Shown in pieces: positions 10,115 to 20,593 of a stretch of 64,000 nt of DNA. The stretch is from positions 16,390-80,389 of the IMG/VR virus record IMGVR_UViG_3300027628_000010; one strand, 5' to 3'. The notes under the pieces were generated by a model. That model did no database searches, had not been told where the DNA came from, and saw nothing but the letters and a program-made list of their open reading frames with translations. The position numbers and the translations under genes are program-made. Numbering within the stretch: position 1 is the first letter of the stretch; the number at the start of each line of letters is the position of its first letter. The DNA is from a virus. Its lineage: Duplodnaviria > Caudoviricetes.

Positions 10115-12031
10115 ATGAAAAACAAAGGTTTAGAATGGCTCAGATTAACAGTAACTAACTTTCTCTCCTATCAGTATTTTACACTAGACCTCGAAGATAG
10201 AGGCATTATACTTGTAGAGGGGGACAATCTCACAAGCAGTAAATTTAAAAGTAACGGCTCTGGTAAGAGTTCATTAATGGAGCCGCTTGTATACGCTATC
10301 TACGATACTACGTCAAAAGGTATTAAAGCAGATAAAGTAGTTAATAGACAAGCAGGGAAAAACACATCGGTCATTTTAGAAGGACGTAAAGGTGAAGACA
10401 AATATCGAATAGAGCGATACCGTAAGCACACCAAAAATAAGAACAAGGTTAAGTTCTTCATTAATGACAAAGAGGTTACAGCTAAATCAGTAGCCGATAC
10501 AAACAAGATGATTGAAGACCTAGTGGGGATTGACTACAACACCTTTGTTAACAGTATCATGTTTTCACAGGGTAGTGGTGCTGGACGCTTTGCAATTGCA
10601 ACAGATAAAGAGAAGAAAGAAATCCTAGAAAATCTAGTAAACTTGCAGGTCTACGCAAATGCTCAAGAGATTGCTAAGAATAGAGTAAAAGCTAAAGAGG
10701 CAGAAATCTTAGCTAAAGAGCGTGAAGGTGAACGACTCGAGTGGGAGCTCTCACAGGTAGATACATTAGAGCAGCAAGATAAACAACATTATGATAATAC
10801 AAAACGAATGATAGAGCAAGAGCAGCTTAACTTGTCTAATACTCGAGAAGAAATGGACAACTACATACAAAGTAATTCAGCAGCTCTTTTACAGCTAATT
10901 GATGAGGTATCAAAGCTTAAGGAACAAAGAGAAACGCTTAATACATCAAAACCTAATCCGTATGCAGATGCGGTTAACACGCTAACTAAAGTAATCAATG
11001 ATATTAGAGCTAAGAAACAGCAGCTAGAGTATCAAAAAGGGGAGCTGGTTAAGAAGTTCCAACAGCTTAAGACAAATACAAACTGTCCGATCTGTGGTAA
11101 CGAACTTGATTCTACTCACCGAGATACAGAGATGACAAGCATTAGGGAACAGCTTAAACCTATCTTAGTTGAGCTAACTCAAACTATACCGGGAGAACTT
11201 GCTCACCATGAACCAGCTTATGAAGAAGCTTATACACGTTACTCAGAAGAGAAAGCAAAGCAAGATAATATCGTAGCTGAGTATAGAGCCCTTACTTCTC
11301 AAATTGAAATGAAAGAGCAGCATCATCGTAGCTATAGTAAAAACCTAGACACATATAAAAGTAAGTTAGCTTCCATTCAGAATACGATTAACAAGCTTGA
11401 ATCGGTCCCTGAGCCAGCTCCAAGAGATGCTGAAAGGAAAGCTATTAAAGATAAAGTAAAAGCCCAGAAAGAGGCTATACTGGCTTTAAAACAAGAGAAG
11501 TTACAGCTAGAAAATGCAGTGAAGATATTCTCCAATTCAGGAGTTAAATCTCATGTGCTCGACTTAGTAACTCCATTCTTAAATGAAAGAGCCAATAAAT
11601 ATTTAGCCATCTTATCAGGTCCAGACATGGAGGTTAAGTTCTCCACACAAACACCTAAGAAAGATGGAGAAATGACAGAAAAGTTTGACGTTCAATTAAC
11701 GAATGCAGTTGGTGGAGAAGATTATCAGTCCAACTCAGAAGGTGAAAAGAAACGTGCAGACTTGTCAATCGCACTAGCATTACAGGACTTAGTAATGAAG
11801 AACGCTGATAGTAAAGTAAACTTTGCTGTATATGACGAAGTGTTTGACGCTTTAGATAGTGTAGGCGCAGAAAACGTAGTTACACTATTAAAAGAGAGAC
11901 AAAAAGAGATCGGAACTATATTTGTTGTAACGCATTCAGAGCATTTAAAACCGCTATTTGAACAAGTAATTACCGTAACAAAAAATAAAGATGGGATATC
12001 CACTCTAGAAGAAGGAGAAAAAATGACATGA
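10115..12031 (+). CDS. sbcC: SbcC/Rad50-like SMC ATPase nuclease subunit
   Basis: NGSGKSS Walker A, coiled coils with a CPIC zinc hook, signature SEGEKKR, and YDEVFDALD Walker B. Confidence 0.92.
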   Translation: MKNKGLEWLRLTVTNFLSYQYFTLDLEDRGIILVEGDNLTSSKFKSNGSGKSSLMEPLVYAIYDTTSKGIKADKVVNRQAGKNTSVILEGRKGEDKYRIERYRKHTKNKNKVKFFINDKEVTAKSVADTNKMIEDLVGIDYNTFVNSIMFSQGSGAGRFAIATDKEKKEILENLVNLQVYANAQEIAKNRVKAKEAEILAKEREGERLEWELSQVDTLEQQDKQHYDNTKRMIEQEQLNLSNTREEMDNYIQSNSAALLQLIDEVSKLKEQRETLNTSKPNPYADAVNTLTKVINDIRAKKQQLEYQKGELVKKFQQLKTNTNCPICGNELDSTHRDTEMTSIREQLKPILVELTQTIPGELAHHEPAYEEAYTRYSEEKAKQDNIVAEYRALTSQIEMKEQHHRSYSKNLDTYKSKLASIQNTINKLESVPEPAPRDAERKAIKDKVKAQKEAILALKQEKLQLENAVKIFSNSGVKSHVLDLVTPFLNERANKYLAILSGPDMEVKFSTQTPKKDGEMTEKFDVQLTNAVGGEDYQSNSEGEKKRADLSIALALQDLVMKNADSKVNFAVYDEVFDALDSVGAENVVTLLKERQKEIGTIFVVTHSEHLKPLFEQVITVTKNKDGISTLEEGEKMT

Positions 12032-12615
12032 AAACAATTATCGAAGAGGGAGCATTTGTCACACTAAAAGTAAAAACTACATCCAAAGGAATGAAGGAGA
12101 TTAATCTACCAGCAGCTAATATTGAGCTATGGTACCCGTTCAACGTGAACTTTACATATCGATACACAGATGCTAAAGGCTATATGTACCTTGTAAAGGA
12201 AAGAGACTACACAGGACCTAACGTTTATAACGTGGACATCCTTAAGAGAACTAAACAGCTTACAGAATTACGTGGAACACTGCTTCATCCAGCAGTAGCA
12301 GAAAGAAACGCATACATCATTGGAAAAGCATTAGGATTAGGGATACCTACTATTGAACAGAAAGATTACACTCTAGAGGAAGTAGGGGAAGGCTTTAAGC
12401 GATTGGACCGCTTAATTAGTGTCGTGAAAGATGTAATCCAAGATCGTTACATCCGCAACTACCCTGAGACAACCTTTCCCCCGTCCATCCCTACTGAGGA
12501 TTGGGACCGAGCGGTATACTTAGGAGCCACTGAAGTTGAGCTAACAGCTCTTCAGGAGTTTGGTGAAATGTACACAATGTTAACGCTTATGAGAAAAATT
12601 GCTGAAGGGAGATAA
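12028..12615 (+). CDS. Conserved hypothetical protein (195 aa)
   Basis: ATGA overlap with sbcC; conserved position between sbcC and primase. Confidence 0.7.
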   Translation: MKTIIEEGAFVTLKVKTTSKGMKEINLPAANIELWYPFNVNFTYRYTDAKGYMYLVKERDYTGPNVYNVDILKRTKQLTELRGTLLHPAVAERNAYIIGKALGLGIPTIEQKDYTLEEVGEGFKRLDRLISVVKDVIQDRYIRNYPETTFPPSIPTEDWDRAVYLGATEVELTALQEFGEMYTMLTLMRKIAEGR

Positions 12616-12620
12616 ATGAA

Positions 12621-13688
12621 ATGTTTCTAGACTTGTTACGAGAAGAGTTAGGAGCAGAAAAGTTAGCAGGAGCGCACACACGCTTCTGCTGTCCTTTTTG
12701 TGGAGAGAACAAATATAAATTCTACGTGCATAATACAAAAAGCTTGTGGATTTGTCAAAAGTGTAGGGTAAGAGGAAATGCTTTGTCCTTTACAAAGAAA
12801 TATTATAATGCTCAATATGCTGAAGCAGTGGACATCCTTGCTACCTATGACCACGATGTAAACATAGATGGCGGCGGTGGTTATGACGATTCTACTTACT
12901 CCAAACATTTAACAGAATCAGAAAAGCTACTATTATTTATTTCTCGTAAAGGTAAGCCGATTGAAGAGGATTCGAAAGTAAACTATAAATGCCCACCTAC
13001 CCCAACAAACTGTAAAACATTAACCCAAAACTTTAATAACCCGGAGGCATTCCCCTTCTTTGCTTACTTACATAATCGAGGAATTACAATGGAGCAGATT
13101 CAGGAGCATAACATTTCTTATGTAATTAATGGAGAAGTTGAATTGCTAGACGGTCGAAAGATGACATTAATAAATCACCTAGTCTTCTTTACATTTAATG
13201 ATAAGCGCAAGCCGCTGTACTGGAATACACGTTCCATTGACCCGAACCCATATATCAAATCATTCAATGCACCGAGTAGAGAAGGGGAGTATTCAAAGAA
13301 GAATACGCTTTTTAATTTAAACAATGCAAACAATTCAGATCGAATTGTAGTTACAGAAGGTGTATTCGATGCTATGACTGTAGGACAAAGCGGAGTTGCT
13401 ACTTTCGGTAAGATGATTACAGACCAACAAGTAGATGAACTATTACAGAAGACAAAGGATAATAACCTTCCTATCTATCTGTACCTAGATAAAGATGCAT
13501 GGGAGTCAATGATAGAGTCTGCTCGAAAAATAAAATCAAAAGATTCTAGTCGAGCAGTATACTTTGTAGCTAGTGGTAGCGACCAAGATGCCAACGAGCT
13601 CGGGACTGAAAAGGTTAATGAGCTTATTGATCAGGCATTCCCGGCAGATGCTGAAGGTGAATTGAAATTAAGTCTAATAAGTTTATAG
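12621..13688 (+). CDS. DNA primase (zinc finger + TOPRIM)
   Basis: CPFC...CQKC zinc finger; EGVFDA and DKD TOPRIM motifs. Confidence 0.92.
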   Translation: MFLDLLREELGAEKLAGAHTRFCCPFCGENKYKFYVHNTKSLWICQKCRVRGNALSFTKKYYNAQYAEAVDILATYDHDVNIDGGGGYDDSTYSKHLTESEKLLLFISRKGKPIEEDSKVNYKCPPTPTNCKTLTQNFNNPEAFPFFAYLHNRGITMEQIQEHNISYVINGEVELLDGRKMTLINHLVFFTFNDKRKPLYWNTRSIDPNPYIKSFNAPSREGEYSKKNTLFNLNNANNSDRIVVTEGVFDAMTVGQSGVATFGKMITDQQVDELLQKTKDNNLPIYLYLDKDAWESMIESARKIKSKDSSRAVYFVASGSDQDANELGTEKVNELIDQAFPADAEGELKLSLISL

Positions 13689-13695
13689 AAAAGGC

Positions 13696-13724
13696 TTGAC
13701 TATATCAAGACTGTATGATAGTAT
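13696..13724 (+). promoter_or_regulatory. SigA-type promoter with palindromic -35 region
   Basis: TTGACT-17-TAGTAT; CTTGA-ctata-TCAAG inverted repeat. Confidence 0.7.
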
Positions 13725-13758
13725 AGGATTATAGGAAATGAAAGGGAGGGAAAACAAT

Positions 13759-13998
13759 ATGTGGTTAGTAGTAGATGATACATGGAACGAAAATGTTATA
13801 AGAGAGTTTGATGCAAAAGAAGAAGCAGAGGCTCATTACAAAGCAGTTAAAGGTGCTTCTGAGCTACGTCAAGCATCTATAAAAGGTGATGGATACCCTT
13901 ATCACAGACCAGACTCAATTTATCTAACAGAAGTTAAACGAAAAGCATTTATTAAGTTCGATGACAAGGAGGAGACAAAATATAATGAAAGCAATTGA
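13759..13998 (+). CDS. Hypothetical protein
   Basis: RBS agggagg upstream of the ATG at 13759. Confidence 0.6.
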   Translation: MWLVVDDTWNENVIREFDAKEEAEAHYKAVKGASELRQASIKGDGYPYHRPDSIYLTEVKRKAFIKFDDKEETKYNESN

Positions 13999-14617
13999 TG
14001 TACTTTACCTAGAGGACAAGGATTTAATCGTACCAACACAAGGATATGAAGGTGACGTTGCATACGACATCTATGCATCTGAAGGGCGCTTAGTTCCTCA
14101 CTCAACATTTAACTCGGTTGTTATACCAACTAACCTAAAAGTAGCATTCGATTGGGAAAAAGCAGGCATGTTTGCTTCCCTAAGATCAGGTGCAGCATGT
14201 AACACACCGTTAATCTTATCTAACGGACCGGGAATCATCGAAGGTACATACAGAGGAGAAATCGGTATCATCTGCCGTAATACATTTGCTGATAATAGCT
14301 TAGTAGACTTCGTGTTTGATGTTAAAGGAAATAAAGTTCCATTAAATAAAGTTCCAAACGTAGTGAAGAAAGAAGCTCGTAAGTTCTTCGAAGAAGAGTC
14401 TGTACAATTAGGTTATAACTCTGTAGACGAAGGAAATGCTAGTCAAGTATTTAAGAAGGTAGTACCTCGAGGCACTATCTACGTTGAGAGAGGTACACGT
14501 ATTGCACAAATATTCTTCCTAAACAAAATGGTTGCAACGTTTAAAGGAACCGATATTCTACCAGATTCAGTTCGTGGTGAAAACGGACGAGGTTCATCTG
14601 GTACAGACAAAAAGTAA
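13985..14617 (+). CDS. dut: Trimeric dUTPase-family protein with variant motifs and a large insertion
   Basis: Motifs AYDIY, RSG, GIIEGTYRGEI, RIAQ and RGENGRGSSG; RBS aggagg before 13985. Confidence 0.8.
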   Translation: MKAIDVLYLEDKDLIVPTQGYEGDVAYDIYASEGRLVPHSTFNSVVIPTNLKVAFDWEKAGMFASLRSGAACNTPLILSNGPGIIEGTYRGEIGIICRNTFADNSLVDFVFDVKGNKVPLNKVPNVVKKEARKFFEEESVQLGYNSVDEGNASQVFKKVVPRGTIYVERGTRIAQIFFLNKMVATFKGTDILPDSVRGENGRGSSGTDKK

Positions 14618-14627
14618 GGAGGCAGTT

Positions 14628-14942
14628 ATGGGAGATAACAAGCTTAATGAATTTATCGATAACATGATCTACTTCAGAAAGCATAAAGATGATGAAGGGA
14701 TGCTGGCTCTCCTAGAGGAAGGGCAGTCACAACATGTGACTGTCACAGAAGCAGCAGAGACTCTAGTAGCTATGGTAGATGATTTAATAACGTACATAGA
14801 CACTGTACAGGCTACAGATGAGGTAAGGCTCCTAACAGTTATTAAATCCTTACCTGAAGACATATACAGAAAGATCGAGAAAGAATTTAATGAAGATGAA
14901 GACGATTTACTAAAACCAGAACCTGAAGGAGAGAACAATTAA
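14628..14942 (+). CDS. Hypothetical acidic protein
   Basis: RBS aaggagg then ATG at 14628. Confidence 0.7.
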   Translation: MGDNKLNEFIDNMIYFRKHKDDEGMLALLEEGQSQHVTVTEAAETLVAMVDDLITYIDTVQATDEVRLLTVIKSLPEDIYRKIEKEFNEDEDDLLKPEPEGENN

Positions 14943-14944
14943 CC

Positions 14945-15382
14945 ATGAAAAAACATTTTACTCAAGAGCCAATTAAAACAGAACATTTATACGATTTCCT
15001 AGAGTGCGTACTTAACAAACAAATTAAAGATGAAGCAACAGCAAAGCGTGTTAAACGTTTAGCAAAATACACTGTAACCCTTCAAGATGTAGCAGTGGTA
15101 GTAGAAGCTATGATGCGTACACATCAAGCAATGCAAGAAAAGGTTATTGACAATCAACAAGTAATCCAAGGAGTGCTTATGAAGTTAGGCGCTACACCTG
15201 AAATGTTCCAAGAGGCTGAAGTAGAATACAATCAGCAGCTTGAAGAATTTAAGAAACAATTTGAAGCAGCTAAAGAAGAGCTAGCTAAAGGTAAAGAAGG
15301 AGACATGCAGTCCGCAGTAGATAAAATTACTGAAGAGATTGCTAAAAACGAAGTAGAAATTCCCGATACGGAGCAGAAGTAA
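14945..15382 (+). CDS. Hypothetical coiled-coil protein (145 aa)
   Basis: In-operon ORF. Confidence 0.7.
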   Translation: MKKHFTQEPIKTEHLYDFLECVLNKQIKDEATAKRVKRLAKYTVTLQDVAVVVEAMMRTHQAMQEKVIDNQQVIQGVLMKLGATPEMFQEAEVEYNQQLEEFKKQFEAAKEELAKGKEGDMQSAVDKITEEIAKNEVEIPDTEQK

Positions 15383-15579
15383 TGAAGCCAACACATGCTC
15401 TTTGTCTCCGAACAGTAGAGGATGATTTAGGCGTATATAACATTAAAGGAAAATGTTATGAAATATATGAAGATCATGGGGATACACTTGTTATAGAATC
15501 TGAGGACGTTGAGGATGTACTAGACATACAGATTAAACGAGATGACCCAAGCTTTCTCCTAGTATACAGAAGGGATTGA
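15382..15579 (+). CDS. Hypothetical protein (65 aa)
   Basis: Coupled start/stop (TAATG). Confidence 0.6.
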   Translation: MKPTHALCLRTVEDDLGVYNIKGKCYEIYEDHGDTLVIESEDVEDVLDIQIKRDDPSFLLVYRRD

Positions 15580-16145
15580 TTATCATAGGTAAGTACAGTA
15601 AAAATAAAGGTAGCGGCTACGAGTTAAAAATAGCTAAATACATGTCTGCTTGGTGGGGTGGGAACTTCTCTCGAGTTCCTGCTTCAGGCGGATTACATTG
15701 GAAAGGTGACCAACGTGTAGCAGGTGATATTATCCCTCCTATCGGTATGGACTTCCCTTTCGTGATTGAATGTAAGAAGAGGGAAGAATGGAGTATCGAA
15801 CATATTCTACTTGATATCGGTCAGCCTAAAGAATGGTGGAAGCAAGTAGTAGAAGATGGACGAAGAGTAAACCGAACACCTTTACTAATCTTCTCACGTA
15901 ACCGAGCTAAGGACTTCGTAATGATTCCATACGAGGAGAGCATGTATTATCGTATTGCAGGAATTTCTCATGAGTACCTTCGAACGACTGTAACAATTAA
16001 AAATATTCGAGATGAAGTTCAAATCTTCGATGTTATTGTTACTACACTTGATACATTCTCAAAAATCCCGACTTCTACCTTAGTTGACTTCGGGAAATCA
16101 ATAGATTGGGACCCATATGCGGACCAATACCGGGAGGACATTTAA
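15576..16145 (+). CDS. Holliday-junction resolvase (Hjc-like PD-(D/E)xK)
   Basis: KGSGYELKIAK...GDII...IECKKREEW...WWKQ pattern. Confidence 0.85.
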   Translation: MIIIGKYSKNKGSGYELKIAKYMSAWWGGNFSRVPASGGLHWKGDQRVAGDIIPPIGMDFPFVIECKKREEWSIEHILLDIGQPKEWWKQVVEDGRRVNRTPLLIFSRNRAKDFVMIPYEESMYYRIAGISHEYLRTTVTIKNIRDEVQIFDVIVTTLDTFSKIPTSTLVDFGKSIDWDPYADQYREDI

Positions 16146-16573
16146 TGACCAAGATAGTTAGAGGACGAATTAGTATAGATTGGCAAACAACATTAGCCAT
16201 TGTTGCTCGAGGTCAATATGATGTTGAACAACGTTGCTGGTTACCTAAGTTACCTGAAGGAGTAACTGCACGATCTGTCCATAATAACTACGTAAGTGGC
16301 AGCTTTGATTACATCCTAGAGAGTGAAAAGCCTGTAGAAGGGTGGACACAAGAGGTTGAAGAAGGTACTGAGGTTCCCCTATCTCAGTCATGGGCTATGA
16401 TGTGTAAAGTTGTACACACAGCAAAAGAGCCAGAGAACATTATTAAGACTATGACTCTACAAAGGCTGCTGATGAACATTAACAATGATCTTCGAGAGGA
16501 TGCGGATTCAGGTATTAAAATGAGCATGACGATCGAAGAATACCTTAACAACTTATATAACGAAACGGAATAA
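16145..16573 (+). CDS. Hypothetical protein
   Basis: ATG at 16145 overlaps the resolvase stop; RBS ggagg. Confidence 0.6.
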   Translation: MTKIVRGRISIDWQTTLAIVARGQYDVEQRCWLPKLPEGVTARSVHNNYVSGSFDYILESEKPVEGWTQEVEEGTEVPLSQSWAMMCKVVHTAKEPENIIKTMTLQRLLMNINNDLREDADSGIKMSMTIEEYLNNLYNETE

Positions 16574-16723
16574 AAAACTTTTCCCTACAATGTAGTTACA
16601 CAAACACTATATGTAGGGAAATTTTTTAAGTTTTTAGACTGTACAAACCCTATATTGTGTGCTATAATATACTTACAGCTTAAATAAAAGCAGCTTATAA
16701 CCTAGAGAGGAGTTACATATAAA

Positions 16724-19075
16724 ATGACAGAAAAGCAAATCGTTAACCGAGGAAACACAATTGAGTTTTACGACCCGAAAAAAGTGGAGGCTTACCTTAA
16801 TCGGTACGTACCAAAAGGCACAGATGTTAAAGTAGTCGTAGACAACATTACTGAATACGTAGAGCTAGAGGACAAAGTAACTAGCCTTAAAATCCAACAA
16901 GAATTATACTCTGTAGTAGAAGGCTTAATTTCTACTAATGAATCATTCTGGCAAAACGTAGCAGGATGTATCAAAGCAGATATCTTCCGCAAAGAGGTTA
17001 TTAATAACCGTGGATTCGAAAAAGGAATGAAGAAAGTATTTGAACTAGGTTATGAGAGCAACCAGTATACAGACTTCTTCAAGAAATATACAGACGAAGA
17101 AATTGCAGAACTACAAGAGGAACTAGATAATGAACGTGATTACTACGTAAACCATGCAGGCGTACATATTGCATACAACCGTTACACTACAGTCAGTCTT
17201 CAGAAAGAAATGGTAAAAGGAAAAGAGATTGTAGTGGGAACTAAAAAGATTGAAACATTACAAGAGCGCTATATGGCTATTTCGATGTTCTTACATCAAA
17301 ATGAAGTTGTGGACCGTATTAAGAAAGTCAAAGCAGGTTACCTACATATGAGTGGTAAGGAGATCGCAGTAGACTTTACAGTAGCAACTCCTACATTTAT
17401 GAATGCAGGTAGACCTAATGGTAACTTATCAAGCTGCTTCGTAGGTATGGTAGGAGATAGCATTGACGATATCTACCGTGAAGCTGAACAGTTTGCTAAA
17501 GTATCTAAAAATGCTGGAGGTTACGGATTATACTTCGGTAAAGTTCGTTCGTTAGGTTCGAGCATTCGTCAAAAGCCGGGACTATCATCTGGTTCAGTAC
17601 CATTTATGAAGTTGTTTGATGTAACAGCAGGTACAGTCGATCAGCAAGGTCAACGTCCGGGAGCTGTAACTATTACTCTAGATGCTTGGCACCGTGATTT
17701 AACAGACTTCCTTAAATCACCATTAAACAATACAACATTAGAGAAGCAATTAAATAAAATCTTCTTAGCCGTATCAATGCCAGACTTATTCTTCCGTAAG
17801 TTACAAAATGAAGAAGATTGGTACCAATTCGACCCTAAAGAAGTACAAGACATTATGGGATGGGCTCTAGAAGATAGCTACGATGAAACATTAGAAGGCG
17901 GAACATTTACAGAGCGCTACGAAGCTTGTATTCAGGCATATAAAGACGGTTACTTACAATTAGTATCAATCGTTGACCCGTGGGATGTATTAGCGGAAAT
18001 TAACAAAACACGTATTGAAAAAGGACATCCATTCTTATTCTTCCGTGATACAGTTAACCGTGACAACCCTAACGAAGGTATGATCTACTGCTCGAACTTA
18101 TGTACAGAAATTACAATCACAATGTCATTACCTGAAGTTGAGTCTAAAATCATGGAGATTAATGGAGAGCAAGTTATCGCTGAGTTCCTTAAACCGGGTG
18201 ACACGCCAACTTGTAACCTATCGTCTATTAACATGGCTAAGATTGCTAAGGTACGTATGGCAGGTGGAGATTGGAAACAACACATTGCAGATGTAGTTAA
18301 AACTCAATACCGTATGCTAGCAAACGTTATCGAACTTAACTCTCACGATGAAATGGAACAAACGAAGATCAGTTCTTTCCGTAAGCGTGAAGTAGGATTA
18401 GGTGAGATGGGTAATGCTCATGCTCTAGCTATCTCTCACATTGCTCCAGATTCAGAGGAAGCAATTGAATGGTTAGACGAAGTAAACGAAGAGATTACTT
18501 ATAACATTGTTAAAGCTAGTATGGAGTTAGCTAAAGAACGAAACGATGTTGCTCCAGCATTTGCAACTTCTAAGTGGGCAGATGGCAGCTATATCCGTGA
18601 TAAGTTTATTCCTTACAGCCGAGACAAACAACGTTGGGAAGAGCTTAACCAACAAGTAATTACACACGGTATGTACTCTCTAGTATTACGTGCTACAGCT
18701 CCGACAGAAACTATTTCTTATGTAGCTAATACTACAGCAGGTGCGGACCCGATTTATGGTAAAGAGTACACATTAGAGAAAGCAGGACTTAAAACGAATA
18801 TGGTAGCTCCTGATATTGCAGTAGATAACTTCTTCTACTACAAAGATGCTTTCATCGTTAATAAAGAAATGTTCTTGAAGACTGTAGGACGTAGACAGCG
18901 TTGGATTGATCAAGCTTCTTCTACTAACCTTTACTACATCAAAGATAACCTAGAAGCTTTAGACGTTGTTCAAGACTATATTACAGCTTGGAAAGAGGGA
19001 GTAAAAACACTTTACTACCACCGTGGAGAGAGCTTAGAAGCTTACGAGGCTGCTTGTGAGGCATGCAGTGGCTAA
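16724..19075 (+). CDS. nrdA: Class I ribonucleotide reductase alpha subunit (N-terminal ATP-cone-like region)
   Basis: TPTFMNAG, LSSCF, SNLCTEI, CNLSSIN, APT, GVKTLYY and a C-terminal CxxC. Confidence 0.9.
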   Translation: MTEKQIVNRGNTIEFYDPKKVEAYLNRYVPKGTDVKVVVDNITEYVELEDKVTSLKIQQELYSVVEGLISTNESFWQNVAGCIKADIFRKEVINNRGFEKGMKKVFELGYESNQYTDFFKKYTDEEIAELQEELDNERDYYVNHAGVHIAYNRYTTVSLQKEMVKGKEIVVGTKKIETLQERYMAISMFLHQNEVVDRIKKVKAGYLHMSGKEIAVDFTVATPTFMNAGRPNGNLSSCFVGMVGDSIDDIYREAEQFAKVSKNAGGYGLYFGKVRSLGSSIRQKPGLSSGSVPFMKLFDVTAGTVDQQGQRPGAVTITLDAWHRDLTDFLKSPLNNTTLEKQLNKIFLAVSMPDLFFRKLQNEEDWYQFDPKEVQDIMGWALEDSYDETLEGGTFTERYEACIQAYKDGYLQLVSIVDPWDVLAEINKTRIEKGHPFLFFRDTVNRDNPNEGMIYCSNLCTEITITMSLPEVESKIMEINGEQVIAEFLKPGDTPTCNLSSINMAKIAKVRMAGGDWKQHIADVVKTQYRMLANVIELNSHDEMEQTKISSFRKREVGLGEMGNAHALAISHIAPDSEEAIEWLDEVNEEITYNIVKASMELAKERNDVAPAFATSKWADGSYIRDKFIPYSRDKQRWEELNQQVITHGMYSLVLRATAPTETISYVANTTAGADPIYGKEYTLEKAGLKTNMVAPDIAVDNFFYYKDAFIVNKEMFLKTVGRRQRWIDQASSTNLYYIKDNLEALDVVQDYITAWKEGVKTLYYHRGESLEAYEAACEACSG

Positions 19076-19165
19076 GCTTGTGACTAGCCTATAAGTTAGA
19101 AGTATGTTATAATAGGTATAGAGGGTAAAACCTCTATACTTTACTTATAGCGGAGGGCAAGCAAA

Positions 19166-19864
19166 ATGGAAAATTGGAAAGATATAAAAGACTTTGAAGA
19201 TTATTATGAGGTATCTGATTTAGGGAATGTACGAAGTAAGGTAAGCCAGCAGATTCTAGTTCCTTTTCTCAACAGCAGAGGTTATCTACATGTCGATCTG
19301 CATTATGTTAAACCATACAAGAGGGTTGCAATACATAAACTAGTTATGGAGACATTTAATCCTGAAGGATACTTTAAGGATGCAGACATCGACCATAAGG
19401 ACGGTAATAAGCAAAACAACGCTTTTACTAATCTAGAATATGTAACGCATGCTGAGAACGTATTAAGACACTATAGAGGGAAAGCAGAACCTATGGTAGC
19501 TGTATCCCCTACAGGAGAAAAATATGAGTTCCTAGTGATCTCTGAGTTTGCTAGAGAGCATGGACTAGAATTTAGACATGTATCAGCTTGCTTAAAAGGG
19601 AAACTAGCACATCATAAGCAATGGGTATTCTATCTTAAATCAGAAGGTAAACCTAAGCGTGAAAAAGAAGAAGGCGTTAAAAGTAATAAGCCGAGAGTCT
19701 TTATCGCTACCTCTCCTGAAGGAGAAGTGTTAGAAGGTATCAACCAACGTATATTTGCAGAAGAGCATGGATTGTCGAGAAGGCAAATTAACGCCTGCCT
19801 AAATGGTAGAATGAAAACACATAAAGGCTGGGCATTTAAGTTTAAGGAGGAAACTAATGAGTAA
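19166..19864 (+). CDS. Free-standing NUMOD4-HNH homing endonuclease
   Basis: WKDIKDFEDYYEVSDLGNVRS (NUMOD4); HKLV...IDHKDGNKQNN...NLEY (HNH); two C-terminal repeats ending in HK.W.F. Confidence 0.88.
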   Translation: MENWKDIKDFEDYYEVSDLGNVRSKVSQQILVPFLNSRGYLHVDLHYVKPYKRVAIHKLVMETFNPEGYFKDADIDHKDGNKQNNAFTNLEYVTHAENVLRHYRGKAEPMVAVSPTGEKYEFLVISEFAREHGLEFRHVSACLKGKLAHHKQWVFYLKSEGKPKREKEEGVKSNKPRVFIATSPEGEVLEGINQRIFAEEHGLSRRQINACLNGRMKTHKGWAFKFKEETNE

Positions 19865-20045
19865 ACATGAAATCTTATTTTCAGTTACAGAGGATTCCCG
19901 AGACGGTATTAACTTTCAGGTAAAGGGTAGTGAGGTAGGTTTCATCTTAAAGCATAAAGAAGACGTACTTGCAGTTATGGAACGTTTGAAAAATGCTTTA
20001 ATAAATGAAACTTACCCATTTACTGATCATAGTAAGAAAAGCTAA
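19857..20045 (+). CDS. Hypothetical protein (62 aa)
   Basis: RBS aaggagg. Confidence 0.65.
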   Translation: MSKHEILFSVTEDSRDGINFQVKGSEVGFILKHKEDVLAVMERLKNALINETYPFTDHSKKS

Positions 20046-20069
20046 TATAAATTAGAGGAGTGGAAATCA

Positions 20070-20312
20070 ATGGAGTGTAATAATAAACATTGTTTATGGA
20101 ACGCTTTTAATTCTTGTTGTCATGAGGACCCTGAGAAAGCAGATAAACACGCTACTCCCAATCAATTAGATTGCCCCGTATCATTACGGGGAGATTTCAC
20201 TAGACAGTTATACGCATTACTTCATGAATGTGAAACGATGCTTGATCGAAGAAACATGAAAGAGCTTATGCAGGTTAGAGACTTTATGAAAGCTCAGAGG
20301 AAGAAACAATGA
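20070..20312 (+). CDS. Small Cys/His-rich hypothetical protein
   Basis: CNNKHC..C..C pattern; RBS gaggag. Confidence 0.65.
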   Translation: MECNNKHCLWNAFNSCCHEDPEKADKHATPNQLDCPVSLRGDFTRQLYALLHECETMLDRRNMKELMQVRDFMKAQRKKQ

Positions 20313-20518
20313 GTGAAAGATATTTTGACATGACAGATGCTATTGCAGCTATGATGGAAGGACATACTACTTCTGTAACTAATGGTAGCTTTGATTACTA
20401 TATAATTGATAGTAATAATATGTTACGGGGCATGGCTAGCTGTGACCCGGAGCATTATGAAATAAGCCGTGAAGAGTTAACAAAGATCGCTCAAGGTGAT
20501 TGGTATTTAATAGATTGA
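20309..20518 (+). CDS. Hypothetical protein (69 aa)
   Basis: ATGA overlap; RBS gagga. Confidence 0.6.
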   Translation: MSERYFDMTDAIAAMMEGHTTSVTNGSFDYYIIDSNNMLRGMASCDPEHYEISREELTKIAQGDWYLID

Positions 20519-20593
20519 TAAAAGGGACTTGTTTTCTAAGCAGGTCCCTGTTATAATAAAGACTGTAACATACAGAGAAGGAGAGAAAATCAA

